A DNA stretch of 64,000 nucleotides from Candidatus Anstonellales archaeon (GCA_038890745.1 JAWAFD010000001.1:188907-252906), one strand, 5' to 3'. Counted from the first letter of the stretch, positions 19,131 to 29,808 are shown. Program-made: numbers and translations. Notes: a model not told the origin generated them from the sequence alone.

Positions 19131-20726
19131 TTATGTTTTCAAATTTTCAATTTTCTTATCTAGTCTTTTTTCTGCCTCTATCCTCTCCAGCCCGTACTCT
19201 TTCATGTCCACAAATTTTGCATGTTTGAAAATTAAGGGATGCCTTTCTTTTACGAGCGAGTAGATTTTCTGTGCAACATGCCTATAATCTGGATGGCCTT
19301 GCATCCCGGTTCTCAACTCAGTTAAATGATAGACCTCCCTTGCGTTCATCGTCATGTAAAACCTTATCCTGTATGCGAAGGGAACGCAGTACTGCGCCTC
19401 CTCCCTAAACCTTTCCGCAATCTTTTGGTATGTTTTTTTCGCCTCGTCCATTGCTTTCTCAAATTTTTCTGAAACCCCCGCCTCTTTAAGCTCTTTCGGC
19501 ATATCATACCCAAGATTCGCAGTAAGAAGCTGCCTTTCCTGGGTCAGGATTCTGTGCCTGTGCAGATCCCTAAATGCTCCGAAATTGGTTACTATTTCAA
19601 AAGTATAGTAAGCGTTCTCAAATGCCCTTCCCGGCTTATGCCTCCTATTTTTCCTCTCCCCAACATACGCATTTATTATTCTTTCCTTTTCCTCATCATT
19701 CATCCTCCTTACTTTTTCCATCAACTCATCATAGGTTGTTTGTGAGTAAGGGAATAGAATTGCGCAAACAACTTTCTCTACCCCATCCTCATCCCACCCT
19801 ACAAGCCTTACATCATCACTTTTTTCATAGCTAATTTTTTGCGGGGCAAGATTCGCAGCGTTCTTTCGATTCTTTATGTATTCCTGCATCTCCTTCCCCT
19901 TTTCATCATTCGCTCTTTTCACAAAGGACGGAATAATCTTTTTTAGCTCTTCCTCCATCTCCTCAGCAATCTTCTGCGCTTCTCTGAGCCTTGATGCATA
20001 GAGGGTAGCAAGAAGGTATTCAAAAGCCCTTCCGTTTCCAAACAATCCGAGGTTTGTTAGTGTTGCTGCTGGCAGCAAGCCCCTAAGCAGGTCGCATGTC
20101 TTTGCCCTCGTTGCTGCCTCATAAGCCCTCTCGCTTTCCTCCCCCTTTGGATATTTTTTCCTAACATATTCACTCACTCTCGGGATCAGTTCTGCGTACG
20201 TATCAAAAAGAAAATCTAGCGTTTCCTCGTAAGCATCATCAAACCCAGATTCCATTATTGTTGGCTCTCTGTAATACATGTATCTTCCTTTTTCATCCCT
20301 CTTATCAAAATATACATACCTAGAGCTTTTTTCAAGAGGAGAGAGACCAATCCTTCTATCCTCTATTAATTTTGTTGCAACGTTGCTTACATTCTCAACA
20401 GCAATATGAACGCCAGCAAGCTCACCTACGCTATCATCCCCAAAACCTATGAGCACGCGCTCGTAAAATTTCTCTGCTTTTTCTGTTGCTATCGCGCTTT
20501 TTTCATCTTCCTTCCTCTCTCCGATTATTTCACCAAACCCCATCCCCTCTTTTTTTATAAACTCATCCAAAAGCGTTCTTCTCAAACTTTTTTCGCTTCT
20601 ACTGTACCTTGCAAAAAGCGTGCCTTTTACAACCTCCGGAAGGTTCACCACTCCAAATATGTTTTTATCTAAGTTTGTAAAATATTTTGCTATAATTTTT
20701 TTCTCCTCTTCACTAAATTCGCTCAT
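19131..20726 (-). CDS. thyX: FAD-dependent thymidylate synthase (two ThyX domains)
   Basis: ARYSRS, GFGDDSV, EKSSRY, RDLHRHR, ELRT..QGH. Confidence 0.92.
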   Translation of the reverse strand: MSEFSEEEKKIIAKYFTNLDKNIFGVVNLPEVVKGTLFARYSRSEKSLRRTLLDEFIKKEGMGFGEIIGERKEDEKSAIATEKAEKFYERVLIGFGDDSVGELAGVHIAVENVSNVATKLIEDRRIGLSPLEKSSRYVYFDKRDEKGRYMYYREPTIMESGFDDAYEETLDFLFDTYAELIPRVSEYVRKKYPKGEESERAYEAATRAKTCDLLRGLLPAATLTNLGLFGNGRAFEYLLATLYASRLREAQKIAEEMEEELKKIIPSFVKRANDEKGKEMQEYIKNRKNAANLAPQKISYEKSDDVRLVGWDEDGVEKVVCAILFPYSQTTYDELMEKVRRMNDEEKERIINAYVGERKNRRHKPGRAFENAYYTFEIVTNFGAFRDLHRHRILTQERQLLTANLGYDMPKELKEAGVSEKFEKAMDEAKKTYQKIAERFREEAQYCVPFAYRIRFYMTMNAREVYHLTELRTGMQGHPDYRHVAQKIYSLVKERHPLIFKHAKFVDMKEYGLERIEAEKRLDKKIENLKT

Positions 20727-22005
20727 GTTCTTCCCCTGTATACATACTTCTTTCGGTTATCTCACCCACAAAGTTCTGCATCATCTCTTCCTTTGCTTTT
20801 TTCGCATTCCTTTCATGCCCCAAAACCCAGGAAAGTTTAACAAAAGCGCATTCCGGAGTCCAGTCTGCAAGATGGCCTATTACCCCTATCTCTTTTAGTA
20901 TTCTTCCACTGGCGTACACATTCATGTTTATCCTTCCGTTTATGCACTGGCTAGCCATCGCAACAACAACATCGGATTCAACAAGCTCTCTTATCTTTCC
21001 AACAACCGGCTTCACGCTTTTTTCTCCGAAAGGATTTGTTGAAACATGACCCAACCCCGTCCCAACGATAACAATTCCTCTGTAATCAAAGAACACATCA
21101 AATATTTTTGGATTCATTCCAGGATAAAAATATATCAAACCAACCTCTTCGCTAAACCTATTATCAAACTTAATCCCGCCAGTATTTCTTTTTCTGTACT
21201 CAAAAGTTTTCTCAAATCTCTTTGTTCTGTAATCAACTTTTGCAAGCGGTGGAATGTTTATGCTTTTGAATGCATCCCGCCTACTCGTATGCATTTTTCT
21301 TACCTTCACCCCTCTATGAACAAATCCAAAATCGTCATTGGAGGTTGCATGCATCACAGCGACAACCTCACCCAAATCCTGTTTTGCAGTGAAGACAGCA
21401 TTGAGTAAATTCAGCTTGTTATCGCTGCTCGGCCTGTCTGCGCTTCTCTGCGCGCCAGTGAAAACAACAGGAACAGGAAGGTTTTGAATGGCAAAAGCCA
21501 TCGCAGAGCATGAGTAATGCATGGTATCTGTTCCATGCAGAACAACAATCCCCTTTGCCCCATCCTCTATCCCCTTTCTTATCTCATCAGCCATGATTCT
21601 CCAGTGCTCTTGATGCATATCTTCGCTCAAAACAGAAAAAACACTTTGCGCATCTATCGTTGCTATTTCCTCTATTTCCGGAAAAGTGGTTGCAAGCTCC
21701 TCTGCGCTCATGTAAGGATAGACAGCACCTGTTTTGTACTCAACCTTTGATGCAATCGTCCCTCCACATCCGAGAATTCTTATTTCCGCCTTTTTCCTTC
21801 TCCCGCTAACTTCCTTTGGCTTACTTATTTTTTCTTTTCCAACAATTTCGATTTTTTCCACATTCTTTCTATCCATTCCAACATTATACCCACTGTTTAA
21901 TTTTAAAACAATCCTTTCATTGTCCGTTTGCGGCATTACCATTCCTTCTATTGTTTTTCCCTTCCAAACAACCCTTACCCTATCTCCGCTTTCCATTTTA
22001 CTCAT
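20713..22005 (-). CDS. gatD: Glu-tRNA(Gln) amidotransferase subunit D
   Basis: KLNSGYNVG, GGTIAS, HGTDTM, GAQRSADRPSSD, RKMHTSRRDAF. Confidence 0.96.
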   Translation of the reverse strand: MSKMESGDRVRVVWKGKTIEGMVMPQTDNERIVLKLNSGYNVGMDRKNVEKIEIVGKEKISKPKEVSGRRKKAEIRILGCGGTIASKVEYKTGAVYPYMSAEELATTFPEIEEIATIDAQSVFSVLSEDMHQEHWRIMADEIRKGIEDGAKGIVVLHGTDTMHYSCSAMAFAIQNLPVPVVFTGAQRSADRPSSDNKLNLLNAVFTAKQDLGEVVAVMHATSNDDFGFVHRGVKVRKMHTSRRDAFKSINIPPLAKVDYRTKRFEKTFEYRKRNTGGIKFDNRFSEEVGLIYFYPGMNPKIFDVFFDYRGIVIVGTGLGHVSTNPFGEKSVKPVVGKIRELVESDVVVAMASQCINGRINMNVYASGRILKEIGVIGHLADWTPECAFVKLSWVLGHERNAKKAKEEMMQNFVGEITERSMYTGEEHERI

Positions 22006-22937
22006 CCCATTAGCGCAACGAGTATTGCGTTCTGCGCATGCAATCTGTTCTCTGTTTCATCAAAAACAACGCTCCACTTCCCATCTATTACCTCATCCAC
22101 AACCTCATGCCCTCTATGCGCAGGCAGGCAGTGCATGAATATTGCATCCTTTTTTGCTTTTTTCATAACCTCCAGGTTCACCTGGTACGGTTTCAAATCA
22201 GCGAGCCTCTGCTGCTCGTTCTCCTGCCCCATGCTTACCCATGTATCTGTGATTACAACATCAGCACCATCCACCAAACTTACATCATGCCCGATTACTA
22301 TTTTGCCCTTTGCTTGTTTTTTGGCTTTCTCGAATACGTCTGGTTTTGGTATGTACTCAGGCTTTTTTGGGCATATTCCGTAAACATCTGCACCTAATTT
22401 CGAAAACCCTATCATTGTTGAGTGAAACATGTTAAAACCACAGTCCCCTAAGAAAACAACCTTCAGCCCTTTCACATCTCCTTTGTGCTCAAAAACGGTC
22501 ATCATATCTGCCATAGTTTGGCATGGATGGAACATATCTGTTAAGCCATTGATCACAGGAACGGTAGAATATTTTGCAAACTCCTCTATTGTGCTGTGCT
22601 TGTAAAGCCTGGCCATCACCCCATCCACATACCTTGAAAAAGTTCGTGCGGTATCCGCTATGCTCTCCCCCCTTCCCAGCTGGGTTGTTCTCATATCAAC
22701 ATAGAGTGCATGCCCCCCCAATTTTGTCATACCAACTTCAAAACTTACCCTCGTCCTTGTAGATGGTTTTTCGAAAAGAAGAGCCAAGCTCTTTCCCTTC
22801 AAATTTTTCTTTACCTTCCCTTTTTTCATCTTTATGGCCAGGTCGATAAGCTCCCTTACCTCGCTCTCTGTATAATCCAAAAGGGTTAGAAAATGCCTTC
22901 CCCTATATTTTTTCAGATTCATCTGCTCACCCGGCAC
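22002..22937 (-). CDS. argF: Ornithine carbamoyltransferase
   Basis: STRTR, HPCQ, DTWVSMG, HCLP; start may be 22922. Confidence 0.95.
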   Translation of the reverse strand: MPGEQMNLKKYRGRHFLTLLDYTESEVRELIDLAIKMKKGKVKKNLKGKSLALLFEKPSTRTRVSFEVGMTKLGGHALYVDMRTTQLGRGESIADTARTFSRYVDGVMARLYKHSTIEEFAKYSTVPVINGLTDMFHPCQTMADMMTVFEHKGDVKGLKVVFLGDCGFNMFHSTMIGFSKLGADVYGICPKKPEYIPKPDVFEKAKKQAKGKIVIGHDVSLVDGADVVITDTWVSMGQENEQQRLADLKPYQVNLEVMKKAKKDAIFMHCLPAHRGHEVVDEVIDGKWSVVFDETENRLHAQNAILVALMG

Positions 22938-22983
22938 TTATTCCAAATAAATGTTTTTAATGCTTGCGTTATCAATCAAAAAT

Positions 22984-23478
22984 ATGGAAAAGATTTTTGC
23001 GAATAGGCGGAGCATAAGAAGCTTCAAACCCAAACCAGTTGAGGAGAGCAAAATAAAAGAGATTATGGATGCGATAACCTCTGCCCCTTCAGCGGGAAAC
23101 CTCCAGGGCTACAGGGTTTTCTACACAAGAAAGAGCGAGGTTATAAAAAATGTTGCAGGGGCATGCTGGCAGGAATGGATAGAGGAAGCACCAGTTGTTT
23201 TTGTTTTTTTCGCAGACCCAAAAACCTCAGGGGCAAAATACGGAAAGAGGGGAGAAAGCCTTTATTGCATTCAGGATGCTACGATCGCGTGCGCGTATGC
23301 TCAGCTTCAGGCATCTGCCCTTGGGCTTGGTGCATGTTGGGTAGGGGCTTTTGATGATGAGAAAATAAAGGAAATTTTCAAAGCCCATTCCTTAATTCCG
23401 GTTGCTATCCTTCCGGTCGGTTATCCTAACGAATCCCCATTCCCAAGACAAAAGAAGAATAGAATTACGGAGATATGA
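22984..23478 (+). CDS. Nitroreductase family protein
   Basis: RRSIRSF, APSAGNLQ, GLGACWVGAFD. Confidence 0.92.
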   Translation: MEKIFANRRSIRSFKPKPVEESKIKEIMDAITSAPSAGNLQGYRVFYTRKSEVIKNVAGACWQEWIEEAPVVFVFFADPKTSGAKYGKRGESLYCIQDATIACAYAQLQASALGLGACWVGAFDDEKIKEIFKAHSLIPVAILPVGYPNESPFPRQKKNRITEI

Positions 23479-23530
23479 TCAGAGTCAAGTCACCTCATCA
23501 TTAATCAGAGATCACTTCCATCATCACTTA
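23477..23530 (-). ncRNA. Box C/D methylation guide sRNA
   Basis: Minus strand: box C GTGATGA, 12-nt guide TGGAAGTGATCT, box D' CTGA, TTA, box C' ATGATGA, 12-nt guide GGTGACTTGACT, box D CTGA. Confidence 0.92.
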
Positions 23531-23581
23531 TTCTATTTAACCAGCAGAAATGATTTTAAATGCTTTCTTTCAATTTTTTGC

Positions 23582-23821
23582 ATGAAAATAGAAAAGACAT
23601 TTGTTTGCAAAGGATGCGGAAACAAGCTGAACATAAACAGCGAGGTTGAACTTAACGAGATTGACCTTACACTTTTCGGCAAATGCCCGTACTGTGGAGC
23701 AACAGTCCAGGTTTCAGTGATAGTTGAGAAGAGCGCCCCGGCAGCAACGAACGTTGATGAGCAGGTGATAAAGGAAGAGATGGAGATACCTGCCGGAAGC
23801 TTGGACAACCTGTTCAAATAA
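23582..23821 (+). CDS. Small zinc-ribbon protein
   Basis: CKGC...CPYC; ATG 23582 downstream of TTTTAAAT. Confidence 0.8.
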   Translation: MKIEKTFVCKGCGNKLNINSEVELNEIDLTLFGKCPYCGATVQVSVIVEKSAPAATNVDEQVIKEEMEIPAGSLDNLFK

Positions 23822-23858
23822 AACACTAAACTCCCCCATGGTTATGCATCGCTTTTCG

Positions 23859-24629
23859 CTATTCTAATTTATGCAAAACATCCGTCAATATTTCTATTTT
23901 TTCTATTTCATACGTTGGTTTATACCTTTTTGCTTTACCTATAAGAACGCTTCTCATCTTCATCCTCCTCGCCATCCTTATATCCGTTTCCTCACTATCT
24001 CCAACAACCAAAACCTCATCTTTTTTCAGCTCATTCTCTTTTAGTAAAAGATCAAGCACGAATCTTTCCGGCTTCCCAATCACAACCGGTTTTACACCGG
24101 TTGCAAATTCCAATCCTCTTACCGTCAGCCCGGCTCCAGGCAGCTCCCCATCCTCAACTGGATAGAATCTATCCTGATTTGAAGCTATAAAAAAAGCACC
24201 ATTTTTTATTGCTCTGAATGCAATGGAAAGCTTTTCATAGTTTAGAGTGGTATCAAAACCCACAGCAACAATTTCGGCTTTCTCCCCTTCTTTTCCTTCT
24301 TTAATCTCAAATCCCATTTTTTCTATCTCTTCAGCAAGCCCGCCTCCTGTGATTGTGTACACGCTTGTTGGTTTGAACCTATTTTTTAAATAAACAGCAA
24401 CGCCATAAGAAGAAACATATATCTCTTTCTCAGAGAAATCAAAACCCATTCCTCTAAGAAGTTTTGCATAGGAGCTTCTTGAATGGGAGGAGTTGTTTGA
24501 GAGAACGAATGTTTTGTAGTTTTCCCTGATTTTTCTTACGGTTTCCACGGCCCCTTCTGTTGGCGTTTTTCCCCTTATGAGCACCCCATCTACATCGAAT
24601 ATTACACCCTTAAGCCTAACCAATTCCAT
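23859..24629 (-). CDS. HAD-IIA (NagD-like) phosphatase
   Basis: FDVDGVL, SNNS, IGKP, VGDSEETD. Confidence 0.93.
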   Translation of the reverse strand: MELVRLKGVIFDVDGVLIRGKTPTEGAVETVRKIRENYKTFVLSNNSSHSRSSYAKLLRGMGFDFSEKEIYVSSYGVAVYLKNRFKPTSVYTITGGGLAEEIEKMGFEIKEGKEGEKAEIVAVGFDTTLNYEKLSIAFRAIKNGAFFIASNQDRFYPVEDGELPGAGLTVRGLEFATGVKPVVIGKPERFVLDLLLKENELKKDEVLVVGDSEETDIRMARRMKMRSVLIGKAKRYKPTYEIEKIEILTDVLHKLE

Positions 24630-24663
24630 CACCTTTTTATTATTTTCCTTTCAAATTTTGGAT

Positions 24664-26163
24664 ATGAGATTTAAAAACCTTTTAGTAGCACTTTTGCTCT
24701 TTGGAATAGTGTTTGGCGAGTTCGGCATCTCCCTTAACCCTACCGGTACGATTGAGGACGAAGAGCTCGAATCCATAAACGGGATTTTTTACGCTAACGG
24801 AAAACTTTATATCCTAAGCCCGGACCACGCAGGATATTTTGTATACAACCTAGAAACAAAGGATATGGACAAGAAAACATACGAAGAACTTAGCGGGCTT
24901 AGGGATATCTATGTTGATGAGAAGGGATACATGTACTTTACAAAATTCGGGAGCATATGGAAGAGAGCTCCATCCCTTAGACAAATCCGCGGGTACGATG
25001 GAGCGTACGGTATATGGAAGCTAGGTGACCTTTTCTACATTACAGATGACAAAGAGAATAGAATAGTTGTGATGGATGAGAACGGGGCAACGGTAAATTT
25101 TGTGGGTAGAAAGGGGGAGTACAATTTAATGTTTGACTCCCCAAAAGGAATATTCTACGATGAGGGAAAGTTTTATGTCGCGGACTATAACAACGGAAGG
25201 GTTCAGGTAATCTATGAAAACCTTACCCTTGCGGACATGTGCGGGCAGAAAAACATAAACATGCAGAGCGCGTACGATGTTTTTGTGGATGCGGACTATG
25301 TCTATGTTGTAGATAAAAGGGCAGGGGAGATTGTTTGGTTCACAAAGGACTGCTACCCAGTTTTCAGCTATGCCATCCAAGACCCTGTCGGGGTTTGGGT
25401 TGTGAACAACACACTTTTCATCGCCCAAGAGAATGGAAAAATACAAAGGTTTAATTATGAACGCATGACCCCTCTCCAATACATATTTTTGCAGATGAGG
25501 GAGTACATGGATGGAATAGACTATTACGAGAAACTTTATTATATCGGAAAAGAGATAGGTGTAAAGGGGGAGTGGAACATCCTTGCTTACTACCAAGCCA
25601 TGCAGGCAAAGTATGAAGAAAACAGGCCCGGTGAGGCATATTTCTATCTTAATCAGTTAAAATCATATGATCTGGCCGGTGAAACCTCAAAGCTTGAGAA
25701 TGCCATATCTTCGAAACTTCTTTCCCTTGCGGATGGAAGGTGGAATGAGAATAAGATTGTTGATGCGGTAAGAGCCAAAAACTTTGAGGAAGCACTCGAG
25801 CTTTTATCCGCAGAACAACCGTCCACCCAACCTACAAACATTACTAATGAACAAAACATAACCCAACCCGTGCAGAACATAACCAAAATACCAGAAGAGG
25901 TGTTTAGTGAGGTAGAAAAGAAGATTTCCAACCCTCCTCCGCTGGCGGATTATTCAAAGGCAAAAGAGTACTATGAAAAAGCTGTTGAATACAAAAAGAA
26001 AGACCCTCAGCTTGCGTACTCCTACCTCCAAAGCGCAAACAGCCTTATTGAGGAAGAGAACAAAAAGACATCCGTCTATCCACTCATAGCCCTTCTTGTA
26101 GTTGTTCTTGCCGGATTCGTGTTTTTCTTCCTTCAACAGAGAAAGAAAAAATGGAGGTATTAG
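24664..26163 (+). CDS. Membrane-anchored NHL/beta-propeller surface protein
   Basis: Signal peptide, FDSPKGI..YVADYNNGRVQ, T/N/Q-rich linker, C-terminal TM plus basic tail. Confidence 0.85.
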   Translation: MRFKNLLVALLLFGIVFGEFGISLNPTGTIEDEELESINGIFYANGKLYILSPDHAGYFVYNLETKDMDKKTYEELSGLRDIYVDEKGYMYFTKFGSIWKRAPSLRQIRGYDGAYGIWKLGDLFYITDDKENRIVVMDENGATVNFVGRKGEYNLMFDSPKGIFYDEGKFYVADYNNGRVQVIYENLTLADMCGQKNINMQSAYDVFVDADYVYVVDKRAGEIVWFTKDCYPVFSYAIQDPVGVWVVNNTLFIAQENGKIQRFNYERMTPLQYIFLQMREYMDGIDYYEKLYYIGKEIGVKGEWNILAYYQAMQAKYEENRPGEAYFYLNQLKSYDLAGETSKLENAISSKLLSLADGRWNENKIVDAVRAKNFEEALELLSAEQPSTQPTNITNEQNITQPVQNITKIPEEVFSEVEKKISNPPPLADYSKAKEYYEKAVEYKKKDPQLAYSYLQSANSLIEEENKKTSVYPLIALLVVVLAGFVFFFLQQRKKKWRY

Positions 26164-26777
26164 TCCTTTTTTCCGGCGGTAAGGATTCTGTTTTTGCTAC
26201 TTTCTGCGCCCTTCATACCGGCTGGGATGTTTCTCTCCTAACCGTTTTGGGTTATGATGAAAGCAAAATGTTTCATAAGCCAAATTTAAAATACACAAAA
26301 ATGCAGGCTGAGGCGATGGGACTAAAACATTATTTTGTTGAAAGCGATGATGAGCTTAACGGTGTTAAAAGGTTTTTGGAAAAAAACAATTTTGATGGGA
26401 TTGTTAGTGGAGCGATAGCAAGCGAATACCAAAAACAAAAAATAGACATGCTGGGCGAAGAGCTTGGGATTCCGACCTATTCTTTTCTTTGGCACAAAGA
26501 AAAACAGCTTCTTTCCGAAGTTCTGGAATATTTCGAGACATACATTGTTTCTGTTTCTGCTGAGGGTTTGGGGAAAGAGCTTTTGGGAAAGCCATTCCAA
26601 ATGCTGAGAACAAAATACCCGATCCATCCGTTGCTTGAAGGGGGAGAGGGAGAAACGTTCGTTGCATGGGCACCATTTTTCAAAAAAAGAATAAAGATTG
26701 AAAAGTGGAGGATAAAATGGGATGGGGTGAGGGGCGAGGCGGAGATAGAGAAAGCAAAGCTCATTTCACTCCGTTAG
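26151..26777 (+). CDS. dph6: Diphthine--ammonia ligase
   Basis: LFSGGKDS, SGAIASEYQ, EGGEGETFV. Confidence 0.9.
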   Translation: MEVLVLFSGGKDSVFATFCALHTGWDVSLLTVLGYDESKMFHKPNLKYTKMQAEAMGLKHYFVESDDELNGVKRFLEKNNFDGIVSGAIASEYQKQKIDMLGEELGIPTYSFLWHKEKQLLSEVLEYFETYIVSVSAEGLGKELLGKPFQMLRTKYPIHPLLEGGEGETFVAWAPFFKKRIKIEKWRIKWDGVRGEAEIEKAKLISLR

Positions 26778-28602
26778 TCCTCCAAAACCTTTCCACATAT
26801 TTTTCTGGCTCATTCGTTATTACAAAACTCTCATCAGAAGAAAATAGTTTTTTGTAATTCTTCCACTTAAATCTTTCATCCATATAAACAATGGCTGCCC
26901 TATCTGTATGCTTCCTTATCGCCCTTCCAGCAGCCTGCATGGCTTTCATGATTGCTGGATAGATATACCCATACTCCCATCCTTTTCCGAATTTCTCCTG
27001 ATAGTAATCAATCAGCGCCTCAACCTCCAAACCCATCTCCTCCAAAGCAATCCCTGCTATGATAACAGTTTTTATCTGCCCCTTATTATAATCAATTCCT
27101 TCTGAAAGGGACCCTCCCTGCACAGCACAAAGCAATCCGCCCTCTTCGCTAAACCTCTTAAAAAGCTCATAAACCTCCTTTGGTCTCATTCCTTCTCTCT
27201 GCGCAAAAACCGGCCTTGTCTTAAGCATGGGCAGAACATTGTTCATGACCTTATAAGAGGCAAAGAAAACAGCAGTTCCTCCCGGTGTCATGCTCGCAAT
27301 TCCATCTATTTTCTCCGCAAACTTCTCATACTCCTCAAAGTTTCTTCTGCTATACTTGGTAGTCAGTCCCTCTACTATTATGTTTATTCTGTTCTCTTTT
27401 GAAAATGGTGAGCCATACTGCTTCATAACTGTTCTTTCTTTCTTCAGCCCCAATACATCCCGGTACATTTCAAGCGGAAGAAGGGTTCCGCTCATGAGGA
27501 TTAGAGAGTGCGCCTTTCCAAGCTCTGAGGTTGATATGCTCGGGTCTAGGAATTTTTTGCTTAAAGAAAAATACCCATCCTTTTTTCTTAGTATCCTCAC
27601 CGCAGAGGCTTCTTCCCCTTCCCAATTCTTTAAAAACTTTGCAAGTTTCAAGCAATAGCTTTTTCTTGTTGTTCTTTCCACCCATTCCAACCCAACAGCC
27701 TCAAAATACTCTGCCATCTCGCCAATTGGCATGTTGTAGTGTTCAACAAAAGAAGAAAACATCTCCTTCCCAAGAAGAATTTCTTTATTATCTCCCAAAA
27801 CTTCGCGCGCCCATTCATTAAAGGTTTTTTCCATTTTAGCATTCTCCAATCCCAATTGTTTCATCTCCTTATCCACTCTTCTCATCATAAAAGAATTGAT
27901 TGTTGTTGAAAGCTGTTCCCTCACCCTTTTTGGGAGGTTGTGCGCTTCATCCACTATGATTATAGAGTTCTCCAAACTTTTCTTTGTTTTAAGAAGAAAA
28001 AGCTGCCTCACACCCGGAATTGTCAAATGGAAATAGTCAGCAACTATCACTCTCGCTTTTTTAGCTAGCTCAACAGTCCATTCATACGGACATGCCTCAC
28101 ATTTTTTTCCGATCTCCACAACCTCAAGGTGGTTATAAGATTTATGAAAAAGTTTTTTGAAAAGCTCTTTTGCTTTTTGCTGCTCCGTTTTATTGTATCC
28201 TCTGGCTTTTTTATAATACTCGCACATTTCTTTTTTCCTCATTTTCTCGCATGCTTGGTAGAAAGAGTCCTGGTCCAACTCCTCCAGGGAAGGATGAATG
28301 CACATGTACCTCCTCCCAACAACATCAGCAGTGGGTATTCTCAAGCCATACTTTTCTTCTATTCCTTTCACAACATCCAGCGCTATTCTATGCTGGGAGA
28401 TTTTTGGGGTTAGGAAAAACACATCCAAGTTTTTCTCAAGGGCATGTGTAATCGCCGGGCTAAGAACAGCATCTGTTTTTCCCAACCCAACGGGGGCATG
28501 CGCAAGAAGGTGCATTCCCTTCTCTATAGCTTCGTATGTGTCGTTTACTAGCACATCCTGGTATTTTCTAAGTTTCTCATGCCTAAAATATATTTTTGCC
28601 AC
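26761..28602 (-). CDS. xpd: XPD/Rad3-family Fe-S DNA helicase
   Basis: APVGLGKT, four Cys, DEAHN, SGTL, SEGID, QAAGRAIR. Confidence 0.92.
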   Translation of the reverse strand: MAKIYFRHEKLRKYQDVLVNDTYEAIEKGMHLLAHAPVGLGKTDAVLSPAITHALEKNLDVFFLTPKISQHRIALDVVKGIEEKYGLRIPTADVVGRRYMCIHPSLEELDQDSFYQACEKMRKKEMCEYYKKARGYNKTEQQKAKELFKKLFHKSYNHLEVVEIGKKCEACPYEWTVELAKKARVIVADYFHLTIPGVRQLFLLKTKKSLENSIIIVDEAHNLPKRVREQLSTTINSFMMRRVDKEMKQLGLENAKMEKTFNEWAREVLGDNKEILLGKEMFSSFVEHYNMPIGEMAEYFEAVGLEWVERTTRKSYCLKLAKFLKNWEGEEASAVRILRKKDGYFSLSKKFLDPSISTSELGKAHSLILMSGTLLPLEMYRDVLGLKKERTVMKQYGSPFSKENRINIIVEGLTTKYSRRNFEEYEKFAEKIDGIASMTPGGTAVFFASYKVMNNVLPMLKTRPVFAQREGMRPKEVYELFKRFSEEGGLLCAVQGGSLSEGIDYNKGQIKTVIIAGIALEEMGLEVEALIDYYQEKFGKGWEYGYIYPAIMKAMQAAGRAIRKHTDRAAIVYMDERFKWKNYKKLFSSDESFVITNEPEKYVERFWRTNGVK

Positions 28603-28630
28603 AAAAAAATTTAGCAGTAAACCTTTATAA

Positions 28631-29317
28631 TTATGATTTAACCACTATTCCGCTCTTAGTAATCTCCATAGGGTAGAGCCTCATCTCATGCCTCGCTCCC
28701 TTCATTTTCAAGATTTCTATCATCCTTTCCCTCCTCTCCTCTCTCCATATATAATGGATGTGTATCCATCCATCCACAAGCGTTTCTATTCCGTATTTCG
28801 TTGATGGAAGAACATCCTGGGTTGTCGTTGGGGTATCCTCGGTGATTATGAATGTGGTTGTATTCCATTTCTTTATATTCTCTATGAGCTTCATGAACCC
28901 CCTCTTCCTCTCCAAATCCGTGTTGAAGTGAAGGGCGATGGGCATTATAGAATCTATCACAACCCTTTCGATCCCCATGGTTTCTATCAGCTCTTTTATG
29001 GGATTCATTTTTGAGATAAACTGATCTACTTCGTGTGGAGGGTAGTCAAGGAAAAAAAGCTTTTTGTTTTTTTCGAGAAAACTGATATTCCAAGAAAATT
29101 CGTTCATCTGTTCAACAACATCTTCCTTTGTGCTTTCTATCGGTATGTATAGGCCGGCCTCGCCCTGCTCTGCTCCACCCACGATAAAATTCATTCCAAA
29201 TGTGGATTTTCCGCAGCCGGTTGGTCCGCTTATCGCAATCACGCTTCTCTTAGGTATTCCTCCACCCAAAATTTTATCAAGTCCCTTTATACCTGATTTT
29301 ATAAGCTCCATTTTCAT
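28631..29317 (-). CDS. KaiC/RAD55-like single-domain ATPase
   Basis: SGIKGLD..LGGG, GPTGCGKS, VIDS, ILKMKG. Confidence 0.9.
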   Translation of the reverse strand: MKMELIKSGIKGLDKILGGGIPKRSVIAISGPTGCGKSTFGMNFIVGGAEQGEAGLYIPIESTKEDVVEQMNEFSWNISFLEKNKKLFFLDYPPHEVDQFISKMNPIKELIETMGIERVVIDSIMPIALHFNTDLERKRGFMKLIENIKKWNTTTFIITEDTPTTTQDVLPSTKYGIETLVDGWIHIHYIWREERRERMIEILKMKGARHEMRLYPMEITKSGIVVKS

Positions 29318-29808
29318 CCCTTCTTTCTGCTTTTTTCAAGAAGCATCCTTCCCAATTTTATTCTGTTTTCAAGCTCCTTTTTTATCCTTTCCAAATCCTC
29401 TTTTTTTGCAACCCTTTCTAGAATGTACTTTTTATTGTCAAACATCATCGTTGACACAGACATCAGGAGTTCGTGTGCATCAGCCATGCTAATTTTTATC
29501 TCCTCTGGCTCGAGTATTTCAACAGAGAATGGATTGTACTTTCCTACAAAATTGACTAGTGCGGGCATGCTCTTCGCAAGAAGCTTAACTTCTATCGCAG
29601 TGGAAACCACATCCTTATCTTGGATGGGTTCATCTATCTCTCCCTTAACATAAACTATCCCGGGCTCGCTCAACATTCTCTTTATAAAACCGGTTGAAAA
29701 CTCTTTTATTTTCTCGCTATCAGTTCCATGCACATCAAAATAGAGTAGTGCCAGCACACCCCCATTCTTCACGGTTTCCTTTATCAGTTTTTCTTCATTG
29801 ATCTCCAT
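29314..29808 (-). CDS. Hypothetical protein coupled to the KaiC-like gene
   Basis: 164-aa ORF with ATGA overlap; YNPFSVEILEP. Confidence 0.8.
   Translation of the reverse strand: MEINEEKLIKETVKNGGVLALLYFDVHGTDSEKIKEFSTGFIKRMLSEPGIVYVKGEIDEPIQDKDVVSTAIEVKLLAKSMPALVNFVGKYNPFSVEILEPEEIKISMADAHELLMSVSTMMFDNKKYILERVAKKEDLERIKKELENRIKLGRMLLEKSRKKG

Noticed and set aside
23402..23581. N-terminal extension of the zinc-ribbon ORF
   Set aside because: It overlaps the nitroreductase end and the C/D sRNA; ATG 23582 has its own TATA-like box.
28631..29317. Circadian KaiC clock
   Set aside because: Single ATPase domain with no kaiA or kaiB; a common archaeal KaiC-like family.
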